A stretch of 52,130 nucleotides of DNA from a candidate division WWE3 bacterium GW2011_GWC2_41_23 (lineage in GTDB: Bacteria; Patescibacteriota; WWE3; UBA101185; UBA10185), in the NCBI GenBank assembly GCA_000996895.1, contig LCBB01000006.1:1-52130 (forward strand). Reading direction: 5' to 3'. Positions 17,855 to 26,766 of this stretch are shown in pieces. The translations under genes were made by a program, and so were the position numbers. Numbering within the stretch: position 1 is the first letter of the stretch; each line of letters starts with the position of its first letter. Below the pieces are notes generated by a model. It was not told the origin of the DNA and did no database searches. It worked only from the letters and a program-made list of their open reading frames with translations.

Positions 17855-19210
17855 TTATTGAGAAGGACCAAAGATTTTCTTGCTTCTAAGCATGTGGTGG
17901 TATTTCTGAGCAAACCGGTGGCTCTCATCTCTCAAATTTATAAGTAAACGCATACCGGGGCTGTCTACTCCGGGGTTAATCCCGTAAAAACCGTTATCGT
18001 AATAGACAACCGTTTCCTCTTTTTTAGCCAAACCTATCATTGGTATATCCAGATTTAATTTTGTCATAGCCTCCATCGCGGAAGATAGCTGTCCTTTTCC
18101 TCCGTCTAATACAACCAGGGACGGAAGCCCCCAACTATTTTTTTTCTCATTCGTTTCATGAGAAAGTCTTCTGTATATAACTTCCCGGATCATGAAGAAA
18201 TCGTCGGCGGTGTTTTTTGTCCGTATCTTAAATCTTTTATATTCCCTTTTATCTATTCTTCCGTTTATTGCCGTAACCATCGATCCCACCGCTTCTTTTC
18301 CCGATATATTAGAAATGTCGTAACATTCAATCCTTGTGGGTAATTGCTTAATTACCGGTACAATTTTAACCAAGTCTTCCAAAGCTGATTTCGCCAAATC
18401 ATCCAGTAAATACGGATTTTCTATGTACTCGGCGGGAAGACGGAAACTTTGCCGGACATAATTAAATTTATTCAAAGTATTTCTAATTTCTGCCGCCTTT
18501 TCAAAGTTCTCAGAAGTAGCAAAACTTCTCATCTGTTTTTCGAGGGCATTTATAAGCTTAGATGTTTTTCCCGACAAAATACTTTTTATTGCCTTTATGT
18601 TGTTTTTATAAACCGGCATTATAGCTGAACCATTAACGCAGGGAGCCGGACATAGATTTATGTGTCCGTATAAGCAGGGGGTTCCTAATTTCTTATACTT
18701 ATTATATTTTGCAACACTGCAATCTCTAAAGGGTAGTATTTTACGCAGGGTTCGCACCAGCTGTTTTACAGAGCCTCCGTCAGGAAAAGGCCCGTAAAAA
18801 TACTGATACTTAGTGGTGTCCGGTTTTCTGAATGTCTCTATTTTTTGAATATTTGTAGCCTTACCATCCAAATCAACTTTTTCTGATTTTATTCCGACGT
18901 ACAGGTACGATTTATCATCTTTCAAGCTAATATTGAACTGCGGTAAGTGCTTTTTTATAAGCTCCGCTTCCAGGATTAGGGCTTCCAGCTCACTGTCTAC
19001 CTCAATAAAACGCATATCGTTTGTCTTCTCTACAAGCGCAAAGGTCTTTGAGGATTTATCCAGGTTTAAACGAAAATAGGAAGATACACGTGACCTGAGG
19101 TTTTTAGCTTTACCTACGTAAATAATTTCACCTCCGGCGTCCTCATAAATATAGACACCCGGCGTTGTGGGTAAATCCTTCAGTTTTTCTTTTAGATTTG
19201 AGGAAACCAC
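17855..19210 (-). CDS. uvrC: Excinuclease ABC subunit C, short form without C-terminal HhH domain
   Basis: LPTTPGVY, YVGKAKNLRSRVSSYF (GIY-YIG), CLYGHINLCPAPC, FEKAAEIRN, IECYDIS, LDGGKGQL, RDESHRFA. GTG 19210 chosen as start (TACAAT 6 nt upstream). Confidence 0.93.
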   Translation of the reverse strand: MVSSNLKEKLKDLPTTPGVYIYEDAGGEIIYVGKAKNLRSRVSSYFRLNLDKSSKTFALVEKTNDMRFIEVDSELEALILEAELIKKHLPQFNISLKDDKSYLYVGIKSEKVDLDGKATNIQKIETFRKPDTTKYQYFYGPFPDGGSVKQLVRTLRKILPFRDCSVAKYNKYKKLGTPCLYGHINLCPAPCVNGSAIMPVYKNNIKAIKSILSGKTSKLINALEKQMRSFATSENFEKAAEIRNTLNKFNYVRQSFRLPAEYIENPYLLDDLAKSALEDLVKIVPVIKQLPTRIECYDISNISGKEAVGSMVTAINGRIDKREYKRFKIRTKNTADDFFMIREVIYRRLSHETNEKKNSWGLPSLVVLDGGKGQLSSAMEAMTKLNLDIPMIGLAKKEETVVYYDNGFYGINPGVDSPGMRLLINLRDESHRFAQKYHHMLRSKKIFGPSQ

Positions 19211-19232
19211 GAAGTTATTGTAGCATTTACCC
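19211..19232. promoter_or_regulatory. Candidate bidirectional promoter with overlapping -10 hexamers
   Basis: ATTGTAGCAT contains TACAAT (minus, 19217-19222) and TAGCAT (plus, 19221-19226), each exactly 6 nt from a start codon. Confidence 0.6.
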
Positions 19233-20954
19233 ATGCTCGGAAATGCTTTCTCAAAATTTTTAGCGTTTACTGCAATAGCTGTGGTACTGTCCCCTATTGC
19301 CAAAGCGCAAACCGAACAAAATTTCATCATTAACTACGATATTAGATACGACGTGCAGGATTCCGGAGAAACTCTTGTATCACAAACTACAACCATAACC
19401 AGTTTGAAAAACGATGTTGTACCCACCACTTATTCTTTTAAGACAAGATATCTCGATGTTTACGATATTGTTGCGCAAACCAACGGAAAGAAAACTGAAG
19501 TTCGAAACGAAATGCCCGGAAAGAATGAGACAGTCATTACAGTTCCTTTTTCTACATACTCTATCGGCGAGGGAAAACAAAACATAGTGACGATGACGTA
19601 CAAAACGAAAGGCATTGCCTCCAGAATAGGAGATGTGTGGAATATTTACATACAGGGCATAGACACCCCCGAAACTACAACCGTATACAACATTGTTCTT
19701 TCCGTTCCGCCTTCTATGGGACCTAAAATATTTGTTTCCCCGGCACCGGCGACTGAAAAATTCGAGAACGGTAAAAACAATTATTATTTCACAAAAGAAA
19801 GTTTCTCTTCCAAAGGAGTAACTGCGGCGTTCGGAAAATATCAATCTCTTAACTACCAGATTAAATATCAGCTTAAAAATAATAGAATTTTAGGTTCAGT
19901 TTATGAGGTCGCCCTGCCTCCTGATATTCAAAACATACAGCAGGTAAGATACGAATCAATTGACCCCAAACCGAGAAAAATAAGGCTAGATAAAGACGGC
20001 AACGCGCTGGCACTTTTCTGGGTGGGTCCTAAAAGTAATCTGGAAGTGAAGCTTACGGGATCCGCAAAAATTATGGGAAGACAGATAAACCCGGACTTCG
20101 GAGGAAGAATTACGGATTTGCCTAAAGATCTTGTACGGGAGTATACAAAAAATCAGAGGTACTGGGAATCAAATCACGATGAAATTAAAAACTTTGCCGC
20201 TTCCCTTCTTGATCCTAATTTGAACGTCTCACAAAACACAAAACGGGTTTACGAATATATTTCATCCAACCTTACTTACGACCAAACCGCAGCAAGTCAA
20301 AATCTTGTAACAAGAAAAGGTGCAGTAGCAGCTTTAACGCAGCGGGGTGCTTTTACATGCATGGAATTTACCGATCTTTTTGTGGCAACTTCAAGAGCAA
20401 TGGGAATACCGGCGAGAGAAATTAACGGATACGCTTTTACAAACGATAACGTGGGAAAACCGATTTCAATTAGTTTAAAAGGAGGGGACACTTTGCACTC
20501 GTGGGCAGAATATTACGATCCGTTTTACGGGTGGGTCCAAATCGACCCTACATGGGGAACTACTTCCGGAACAGATTACTTTACAAAATTAGACACCAAC
20601 CATTTTGCATTTGTAATCAAGGGTAAAAGCTCTGAATATCCGTATCCTGCGGGGGCATACAGTTTTTCTGACGACGAAAAACTTGTAGATATTGATTTTT
20701 CAGGAACATCGAACTCGGATGAAGAATTTAATCCCGTACTTACCGTCACCAAATCTATTAACATAAACCCGCTAAAATTAGCCCAAGGATACAACAGATA
20801 TATTATTGATAACACGAGCGGATATTTTATTTACGACTTGCAGGGCAAAACTCTTGCGCCGGGTCAAAAGACCGGTATATATCTGAAGAACGGGCAAACA
20901 AACGTTAGTATTAAAGATTTCCGTAATAAGAGCTATTCGGTAAAGATCTTATGA
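19233..20954 (+). CDS. Secreted transglutaminase-like (Cys-His-Asp) domain protein
   Basis: Signal peptide ending AKA; GAFTCMEFTDLFVATSRAMGIPAR, LHSWAEYY, GWVQIDPTWG. Confidence 0.88.
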   Translation: MLGNAFSKFLAFTAIAVVLSPIAKAQTEQNFIINYDIRYDVQDSGETLVSQTTTITSLKNDVVPTTYSFKTRYLDVYDIVAQTNGKKTEVRNEMPGKNETVITVPFSTYSIGEGKQNIVTMTYKTKGIASRIGDVWNIYIQGIDTPETTTVYNIVLSVPPSMGPKIFVSPAPATEKFENGKNNYYFTKESFSSKGVTAAFGKYQSLNYQIKYQLKNNRILGSVYEVALPPDIQNIQQVRYESIDPKPRKIRLDKDGNALALFWVGPKSNLEVKLTGSAKIMGRQINPDFGGRITDLPKDLVREYTKNQRYWESNHDEIKNFAASLLDPNLNVSQNTKRVYEYISSNLTYDQTAASQNLVTRKGAVAALTQRGAFTCMEFTDLFVATSRAMGIPAREINGYAFTNDNVGKPISISLKGGDTLHSWAEYYDPFYGWVQIDPTWGTTSGTDYFTKLDTNHFAFVIKGKSSEYPYPAGAYSFSDDEKLVDIDFSGTSNSDEEFNPVLTVTKSININPLKLAQGYNRYIIDNTSGYFIYDLQGKTLAPGQKTGIYLKNGQTNVSIKDFRNKSYSVKIL

Positions 20955-23900
20955 GTCTCTGCCTAAACTTCTGACGCGGTACAGCATCCTTAACGCTTCC
21001 GCAGTGTACGAAGTTTTGTGTGTTTTAATCTCTTTCAAAGGTCCTGAAAATATTACTTTCCCGCCCATGTCTCCGCCCTCAGGACCCAGGTCAACAACAT
21101 AATCACAGTTATCTATAATATCCAAATTGTGTTCGATAACAACCACGGTATTTCCTTTTGAGGTAAGGCGTTTAAATATAGTTATAAGATTTTCGAGGTC
21201 TGCAAAGTGTAAGCCGGTCGTCGGCTCGTCGAGAATGTAAAAGGTACTTCCGGTTGCGCGCTTCGAGAGCTCTAGCGACAATTTAACTCTTTGTGCTTCG
21301 CCTCCGGACAAGGTAGGCGCCGGCTGACCTAATTTAATATAACCCAACCCGACATCATACAAAGTTTCTATTCTTCTTCTAATTTGGGGAATATTTTCAA
21401 AGAATACTAAACCTTCCTCAACGGTCATGTCTAAAACATCGGCGATGTTTTTACCTTTGTAATTAATTTCCAAAGCTTCCCTGTTGTATCTTTTACCCTG
21501 ACAAACTTCGCAGTTAACGTAAACGTCGGGCATAAATTGCATTTCAATCTTAATCTGTCCCTCACCTCCGCATGCTTCGCATCTTCCGCCTTTAACGTTG
21601 AAGCTAAAACGCCCGGGGCCGTACCCTCTTACTCTCGCCTCCTGTGTCTGCGAAAATAAATCTCTAATGTGATCGAAAACTTTTGTGTAGGTGGCCGGAT
21701 TGGATTTAGGTGTCCTTCCTATAGGGCTTTGGTCGATGGCAATTATGTTTGTTAAATTCTCTACCCCTTCGAGAGATTTAAAAGGCTCGGGTTTTTGATC
21801 CAGCTTCATTCCAAAGCTCTGGCGCAATCCCTGATATAAAGTGTCCATAATAAGTGTGGATTTTCCTGAACCGGAAACACCCGTAATACATACAAACTTT
21901 CCTAATGGAATAGACAGTTCGGCATTTTTTAAATTTCTGCCGGTCGCCCCTTTTAATACTATTTTCTTTCCTTCGATGGGTCTCACTACTTTCGGTGCGG
22001 GGTCTAAATCCATAAACATCTCGCCTTTCATCTGCTTTTTACGGTCATTTTTTCCCACGATTAGTTTTCCGGACAAATATTTTCCCGTCAAAGAATTGGA
22101 ATTTTTTATTATCTCCGGGGGTGTGCCCTCCGCAACAACTTTTCCGCCTTCCGAACCCGCCCCGGGACCAAAATCAAAAATATAATCACTTTCCATCATA
22201 GTTTCGGCGTCGTGCTCGACAACTAAAACTGTGTTACCCAAATCTCTTAACTGGTGAAGCGTGCGGATAAGCTTTCCCTGATCTTTTTGATGAAGGCCGA
22301 CCGAGGGCTCGTCCAAAACGTATAATACTCCGGACAATCCTGAGCCTATTTGCGAAGCCAAACGGATTCTCTGTGCCTCTCCCCCTGAAAGTTGAGATGA
22401 AGACCGGGCGAGAGTTAAATAATCCAAACCGACATCGCGTAAAAAGTTCAGTCTGTAAGAAATTTCTTTAATTATTGCGTCTGCAATTTTATGTTCTCTT
22501 TCAGTCAATACTTTATCCAGCCGTTTTACCCACTCAATGCTATCTTTTATGGAAAGCCCCGTGATTTCTGTAATATTTTTTGAATCAACAACAATTGATA
22601 AAGATTCCTTTTTTAACCTGACCCCGTTACAAACCGGACACTCCTCATCTATCATGAACTTTTCTATTTCGTTACGTATATAATCCGAGTCTGTTTCTTT
22701 GTGGCGTCTTATTAAATTTGGTATTACTCCTTCAAATCCCGCTTCATAAGTGTGTTCGTGTCCTGTCTGGCCGCGGTAAGTAACCCTGAATCTTTTATCG
22801 CCGACTCCGTACATAATTATTTTCATCGCGTCTTTAGACAAATCTTTAATAGGCATGTCGAGCGAAAATTTATAAACTTCGGCGACCTTTTTAACAACAT
22901 TTTGGGTCCAGGTCTGGTGTTCGAAAAGTCTCTGCCATGGCAAAATACCGCCCTCGGAAATAGATAGTCTGGGGTTAACAACCGAGCCTTCGTTTACTCT
23001 CAACTGCATACCGAGTCCGTCGCACGCCGGGCACGCTCCGTGGGGGGAGTTGAAGGAAAAAGTCCTGGGCTCAATTTCGGGGAGGGAAATGTTACAAACC
23101 GGACATGCAAAATTTTCGGAGAGTAAATGATCTTCGGTGTTTTTCGGATTCTCCGGAAAATCAAAAGAAGGGTCTTTTATTATCGTGAGAATTACCGTTC
23201 CGTTACTTAGGCGCAAAGCCGTTTCTACCGAGGCAAAAATGTCGGAAAAAGTATTTTTAGCTTCTGCCGAGTCCCCGACCTTTTTATGATTGACCGAATG
23301 TCTGGAAATTAATCCATCGATTGTGTGCTTATTTGTTTTTATTAAATCGAAACGTTCTTTCAAACTCATGATGTCTCCGTCGACTCTTGCCCTGACTATC
23401 CCCTGTTTTTTCAGATTATCGAATAGCGCCGAATATTCTCCTTTTCTGTCTTTCACAATCGGAGAGAAAAGAAAAAATCTTACACCTTTTTCTGATTTAA
23501 AATCCTTAAGCTCGGAAATAATTTTAATAATTGTCTGGGCTATTTCGGTAGAACTTTGTCTCTGAATTTCTCTTCCGCAATTCGGACAATGGGGGTGCCC
23601 GACTCTTGCGAACAATAATCTCATATAATCATAAATTTCCGTGATGGTTCCGACGGTCGATCTTGGGTTTTTTGAAGTTGTTTTCTGGTCGATGGCAATT
23701 GCCGGTGAAAGTCCGTCGATTTTATCGACGTCAGGTTTATCCATAACACCCAAAAACTGACGGGCGTAAGATGAGAGACTTTCAACATATCTCCGCTGGC
23801 CTTCCGCGTAAATGGTATCCATAGCCAAAGATGACTTTCCGGAGCCTGAAACACCTGTAAGGACAACCATCTTATTCTTCGGAATATCGAGATCTATGTT

Positions 23901-23960
23901 TTTTAGATTGTGCTGGCGCGCGCCTCTAATTAGAATGTGCGAAAGTGAGGTGTTTTCCAT
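20949..23960 (-). CDS. uvrA: Excinuclease ABC subunit A
   Basis: GARQHNLKN, two GVSGSGKS Walker A motifs, two LSGGEAQR, zinc fingers. ATG 23960 preferred over TTG 23966. Confidence 0.98.
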   Translation of the reverse strand: MENTSLSHILIRGARQHNLKNIDLDIPKNKMVVLTGVSGSGKSSLAMDTIYAEGQRRYVESLSSYARQFLGVMDKPDVDKIDGLSPAIAIDQKTTSKNPRSTVGTITEIYDYMRLLFARVGHPHCPNCGREIQRQSSTEIAQTIIKIISELKDFKSEKGVRFFLFSPIVKDRKGEYSALFDNLKKQGIVRARVDGDIMSLKERFDLIKTNKHTIDGLISRHSVNHKKVGDSAEAKNTFSDIFASVETALRLSNGTVILTIIKDPSFDFPENPKNTEDHLLSENFACPVCNISLPEIEPRTFSFNSPHGACPACDGLGMQLRVNEGSVVNPRLSISEGGILPWQRLFEHQTWTQNVVKKVAEVYKFSLDMPIKDLSKDAMKIIMYGVGDKRFRVTYRGQTGHEHTYEAGFEGVIPNLIRRHKETDSDYIRNEIEKFMIDEECPVCNGVRLKKESLSIVVDSKNITEITGLSIKDSIEWVKRLDKVLTEREHKIADAIIKEISYRLNFLRDVGLDYLTLARSSSQLSGGEAQRIRLASQIGSGLSGVLYVLDEPSVGLHQKDQGKLIRTLHQLRDLGNTVLVVEHDAETMMESDYIFDFGPGAGSEGGKVVAEGTPPEIIKNSNSLTGKYLSGKLIVGKNDRKKQMKGEMFMDLDPAPKVVRPIEGKKIVLKGATGRNLKNAELSIPLGKFVCITGVSGSGKSTLIMDTLYQGLRQSFGMKLDQKPEPFKSLEGVENLTNIIAIDQSPIGRTPKSNPATYTKVFDHIRDLFSQTQEARVRGYGPGRFSFNVKGGRCEACGGEGQIKIEMQFMPDVYVNCEVCQGKRYNREALEINYKGKNIADVLDMTVEEGLVFFENIPQIRRRIETLYDVGLGYIKLGQPAPTLSGGEAQRVKLSLELSKRATGSTFYILDEPTTGLHFADLENLITIFKRLTSKGNTVVVIEHNLDIIDNCDYVVDLGPEGGDMGGKVIFSGPLKEIKTHKTSYTAEALRMLYRVRSLGRDS

Positions 23961-23969
23961 AACCAAATG

Positions 23970-23998
23970 ATTTTACGGTAAAAGTTCGGGTTTGTGAA
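23970..23998 (-). promoter_or_regulatory. uvrA promoter with overlapping candidate LexA operator
   Basis: TTCACA-17 nt-TAAAAT on the minus strand; TACGG-taaaag-TTCGG at 23974-23989 (plus strand) covers the spacer and the edge of the -10. Confidence 0.6.
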
Positions 23999-24046
23999 GA
24001 TGCTTTTAGAAAAAACTCCAGCAACAAGTGCCCCTAAGTTAGCACA

Positions 24047-24085
24047 AGAAAAAGCTCCTTGAAAAGATTGCAAATCAAGGAGCTT
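24047..24085 (-). terminator. Intrinsic terminator downstream of the CHAP/propeller gene
   Basis: 11-bp inverted repeat AAGCTCCTTGA (24052-24062) / TCAAGGAGCTT (24075-24085) followed by a T-rich run on the minus strand. Confidence 0.75.
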
Positions 24086-24131
24086 CGGCACATTTTGTAC
24101 TAACTCAAATCGAAAGGCTTAACTAGCAAAG

Positions 24132-25877
24132 TTACTTTACACGTCCTTGTTGTATCAGTGTGTAGGTAGAGTTGTAACGTTGCCCACCAACAGCCCATAT
24201 AGGGTCGTCTGTCGAGCTTCCGGTTACAGCTACACCATTGAACATCTCGTCCAGAACGGTCGGGACTGATATTTCTACCCAATTCGTTCCGTTATAACGA
24301 AAAACAAGAGGTCTTGCATATGTTCCACCTCCTCCGTTGTTACCGACGGCTGCTGTCAGACCCACTGCGTACACGGTGCTTGAACTAGCTGCGTGTACTC
24401 CGGTAAGGTAACCGCCTAACAAAGGGAGGGGTTGCTCACTTGTGTCCCAACTCGAGCCGTCCCAATGCATAGCAAAAGGAAGCGTGACCAAAGTCTGTCC
24501 GTTCATGTAGCTGTAGTAGCCTACCGCCCAGACATCGTCAGAGGCAATTACCTTCACGCCATATAGCTTAGAATCGTAAGTGGTTATTCCTGGGGGTAAA
24601 GTCGGGGTTGGGGTTGTGACATATCCCCAGTTTCCCCCAGTGTAGTGAACCGTAATAGGCCTAGCACTATTACTAGAGACATAATAACCGACCGCCCAGG
24701 CGTCTGATGATGAAAGTACCGAAACGGCGGTTAAACGCGTGTCTGTAGAACCTGAAACGAATGGAAACGGATCTTGTACCTTAGTAAAGGCACTCGTACC
24801 GTTATAGTGTTCAAATAGAGGCCTGTAACCCGACTGTAGAGTGTACCCCACAGCCCAGGTATCGCCTCCAGAACCGGTAGACACGCCATTCAACCAGCTA
24901 GAAGCCCCCGGCCTATCAATAGTAAGAGCAGACCAAGTTGAGCCATTGTACTTTAATGCGACAGCATAATTTGCACCCCCACTGTAAACTTTCCCAACAC
25001 TTACAACGTTTGAGGAGGACACGGCCGACACACCTGCCAAAGTGTATGAAAGGTAGTTGGCCGGAATAGTATTACTGCCCCAAGTTGTCCCATCGGTTGT
25101 ATGTGTCGCCAAGCCAGGACCAACGGCCCATGCTTCGCTAGAAGAAAGCGCAGTAACGGCAGTCAAGTTATTATTGCTGCTAGGATTTGGACTAGTCTGA
25201 ACACCCCAAACTGGCGTCAGCCAACCGGTTATTGTGTCAGCCTCCGATGCATCCGGGTCGTCACTATCGCCCCTAATAATCCAGGCATCAAATTGCTGTG
25301 TAGTTGTCCCGCTGGCCGATCCGTTCTGCTCCAACAAGGTTAAAACGGCGTCTCCGTTAACATAATCCTTGTCTGTTACTGCCGTAATTAGTGCTGTGTG
25401 GTTAGTGCTATAACTAATCACATCGCCGGCTGATGGAAACTTTTGGGCAGCACCGTCATTTGCAACTTCATCAAAAGTATCTGGGTGGTCGGTGGCATAA
25501 ACTGAGACAACTGCATCGCCGTTTGCTGCCAATGCTGTTTTACTAAAAGCCATCAGCAAATACCTCTTTACCAGTTCTGGGCATTGCCACTCGTGTTGAG
25601 CACTGCCGCTGGGAGAAAACTGTACCTCGAGATTAGGCCCCGAATCTCCATCGGGTCTTGGGCCACAAGCTTGCACTCCGTTCCACTCAGACAGCACCGT
25701 AGCGTGAACCCCTGTTTCGGCGAAATAATTTGTGTCATCACAAGAGACACCGTCCCACCAAGGCGGGGTAGGGTATGTAACCGCGGTTACGGTTTTTCCG
25801 GGCAAGAAAACCAGCGAGGAAATCACAAGGCTGAATATGACCAATAAACGCAGAAGCTTACTGATTGTTGTGTACAT
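24132..25877 (-). CDS. Secreted CHAP-like amidase/peptidase fused to seven WAVG repeats (predicted beta-propeller)
   Basis: Signal peptide; WQCPELVKRY, GDVISY, NHTALI, LLEQN (CHAP Cys/His/Glu pattern); seven LxxV...WAVG repeats. AAAGGA 9 nt before ATG 25877 favours this start over 25886. Confidence 0.8.
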   Translation of the reverse strand: MYTTISKLLRLLVIFSLVISSLVFLPGKTVTAVTYPTPPWWDGVSCDDTNYFAETGVHATVLSEWNGVQACGPRPDGDSGPNLEVQFSPSGSAQHEWQCPELVKRYLLMAFSKTALAANGDAVVSVYATDHPDTFDEVANDGAAQKFPSAGDVISYSTNHTALITAVTDKDYVNGDAVLTLLEQNGSASGTTTQQFDAWIIRGDSDDPDASEADTITGWLTPVWGVQTSPNPSSNNNLTAVTALSSSEAWAVGPGLATHTTDGTTWGSNTIPANYLSYTLAGVSAVSSSNVVSVGKVYSGGANYAVALKYNGSTWSALTIDRPGASSWLNGVSTGSGGDTWAVGYTLQSGYRPLFEHYNGTSAFTKVQDPFPFVSGSTDTRLTAVSVLSSSDAWAVGYYVSSNSARPITVHYTGGNWGYVTTPTPTLPPGITTYDSKLYGVKVIASDDVWAVGYYSYMNGQTLVTLPFAMHWDGSSWDTSEQPLPLLGGYLTGVHAASSSTVYAVGLTAAVGNNGGGGTYARPLVFRYNGTNWVEISVPTVLDEMFNGVAVTGSSTDDPIWAVGGQRYNSTYTLIQQGRVK

Positions 25878-25952
25878 CTTGGGCATTCCTTTCGTTGTAC
25901 TTAAGGTGGTTAGTGTGGGTACTTCGGTTTGAGTTTATCAATGTGCGCCGTG

Positions 25953-25981
25953 ATTGTAACAACAGCAATTAAGGAGGTCAA
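25953..25981 (-). promoter_or_regulatory. Sigma70-type promoter of the CHAP/propeller gene
   Basis: TTGACC-17 nt-TACAAT with TG at the extended -10 position. Confidence 0.7.
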
Positions 25982-26025
25982 ATTCAACTCTTGTGTTTAT
26001 CAGAGTTTTTTAATAGACTTACGTT

Positions 26026-26766
26026 GTGAAGCTCGGTGTTCTAAGTGTAAAGATGAGAACAATCGTTATAATGGTTTTGGTGATTTTTGTTCTTCTAGGC
26101 GCTTTTTATCTAGGCATGTATTACAGTAGTGTCAAATATTCACGTGAAATAGCACTCCTCGTAACGCAACTAGACACGAAGGCCGCGAATTTAGTCCGCT
26201 GCGCGCCATCACCAAAGGATCAAACATCTACAAGAAAGGTTGAGGAAACGCTCCAAACTTATACATCCAAAAAATTGGGGTTGAGCTTCAGCTATCTCCA
26301 ACCTAAAGAATCTCAAGGTCAGTGGGTTACAGAAGAAGCAAACGACACTATATCCATTTACTATCAACACCAGTCAGGCATCAAAACTTCGTCGAAATTC
26401 GTGCAGGTCTTTTACAAGGATGCGCAGCAAAGCCTAGAAGCTGCTATTAAAGAGCAACTGATGCAAAATTTTAGTGCCGAGGATTGCACCATAACAACAC
26501 CTAGCATGAGTTACAATCACGCTATATATAGCCCAAATAACGAATATTTGGTGATTAGGGTTGTGAACCAAAATGAAAATCACGAAGAATTCGTAAAACA
26601 GCTTGAAAAGTGCCCTAACACCTATACTTTCTCTTGGAAAGATAACGGATACTTTGTAACAGACAAGATGCACCAGGACAGGTTCGCGTATGTGAGTTTG
26701 GGACAAGATAGTATTTTCGCATACCCGGATGTTTCCTGGGATATGACTATCCGCTTCCTAGACTAA
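26026..26766 (+). CDS. Hypothetical membrane-anchored extracellular protein
   Basis: 246-aa ORF, N-terminal TM, YTSKKLGLSFSY segment, three Cys; TTGTGT-17-TAGACT promoter 6 nt before GTG 26026. Confidence 0.75.
   Translation: MKLGVLSVKMRTIVIMVLVIFVLLGAFYLGMYYSSVKYSREIALLVTQLDTKAANLVRCAPSPKDQTSTRKVEETLQTYTSKKLGLSFSYLQPKESQGQWVTEEANDTISIYYQHQSGIKTSSKFVQVFYKDAQQSLEAAIKEQLMQNFSAEDCTITTPSMSYNHAIYSPNNEYLVIRVVNQNENHEEFVKQLEKCPNTYTFSWKDNGYFVTDKMHQDRFAYVSLGQDSIFAYPDVSWDMTIRFLD

Noticed and set aside
19211-19330. Extended uvrC N-terminus from 19330
   Set aside because: Overlaps the divergent gene's signal peptide; UvrC homology starts just after GTG 19210, which has its own -10.
24132-25200. CRISPR array or DGR variable region in the repeat-rich gene
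   Set aside because: Repeats are visible only at protein level; no identical DNA repeats, template copy or reverse transcriptase in the window.
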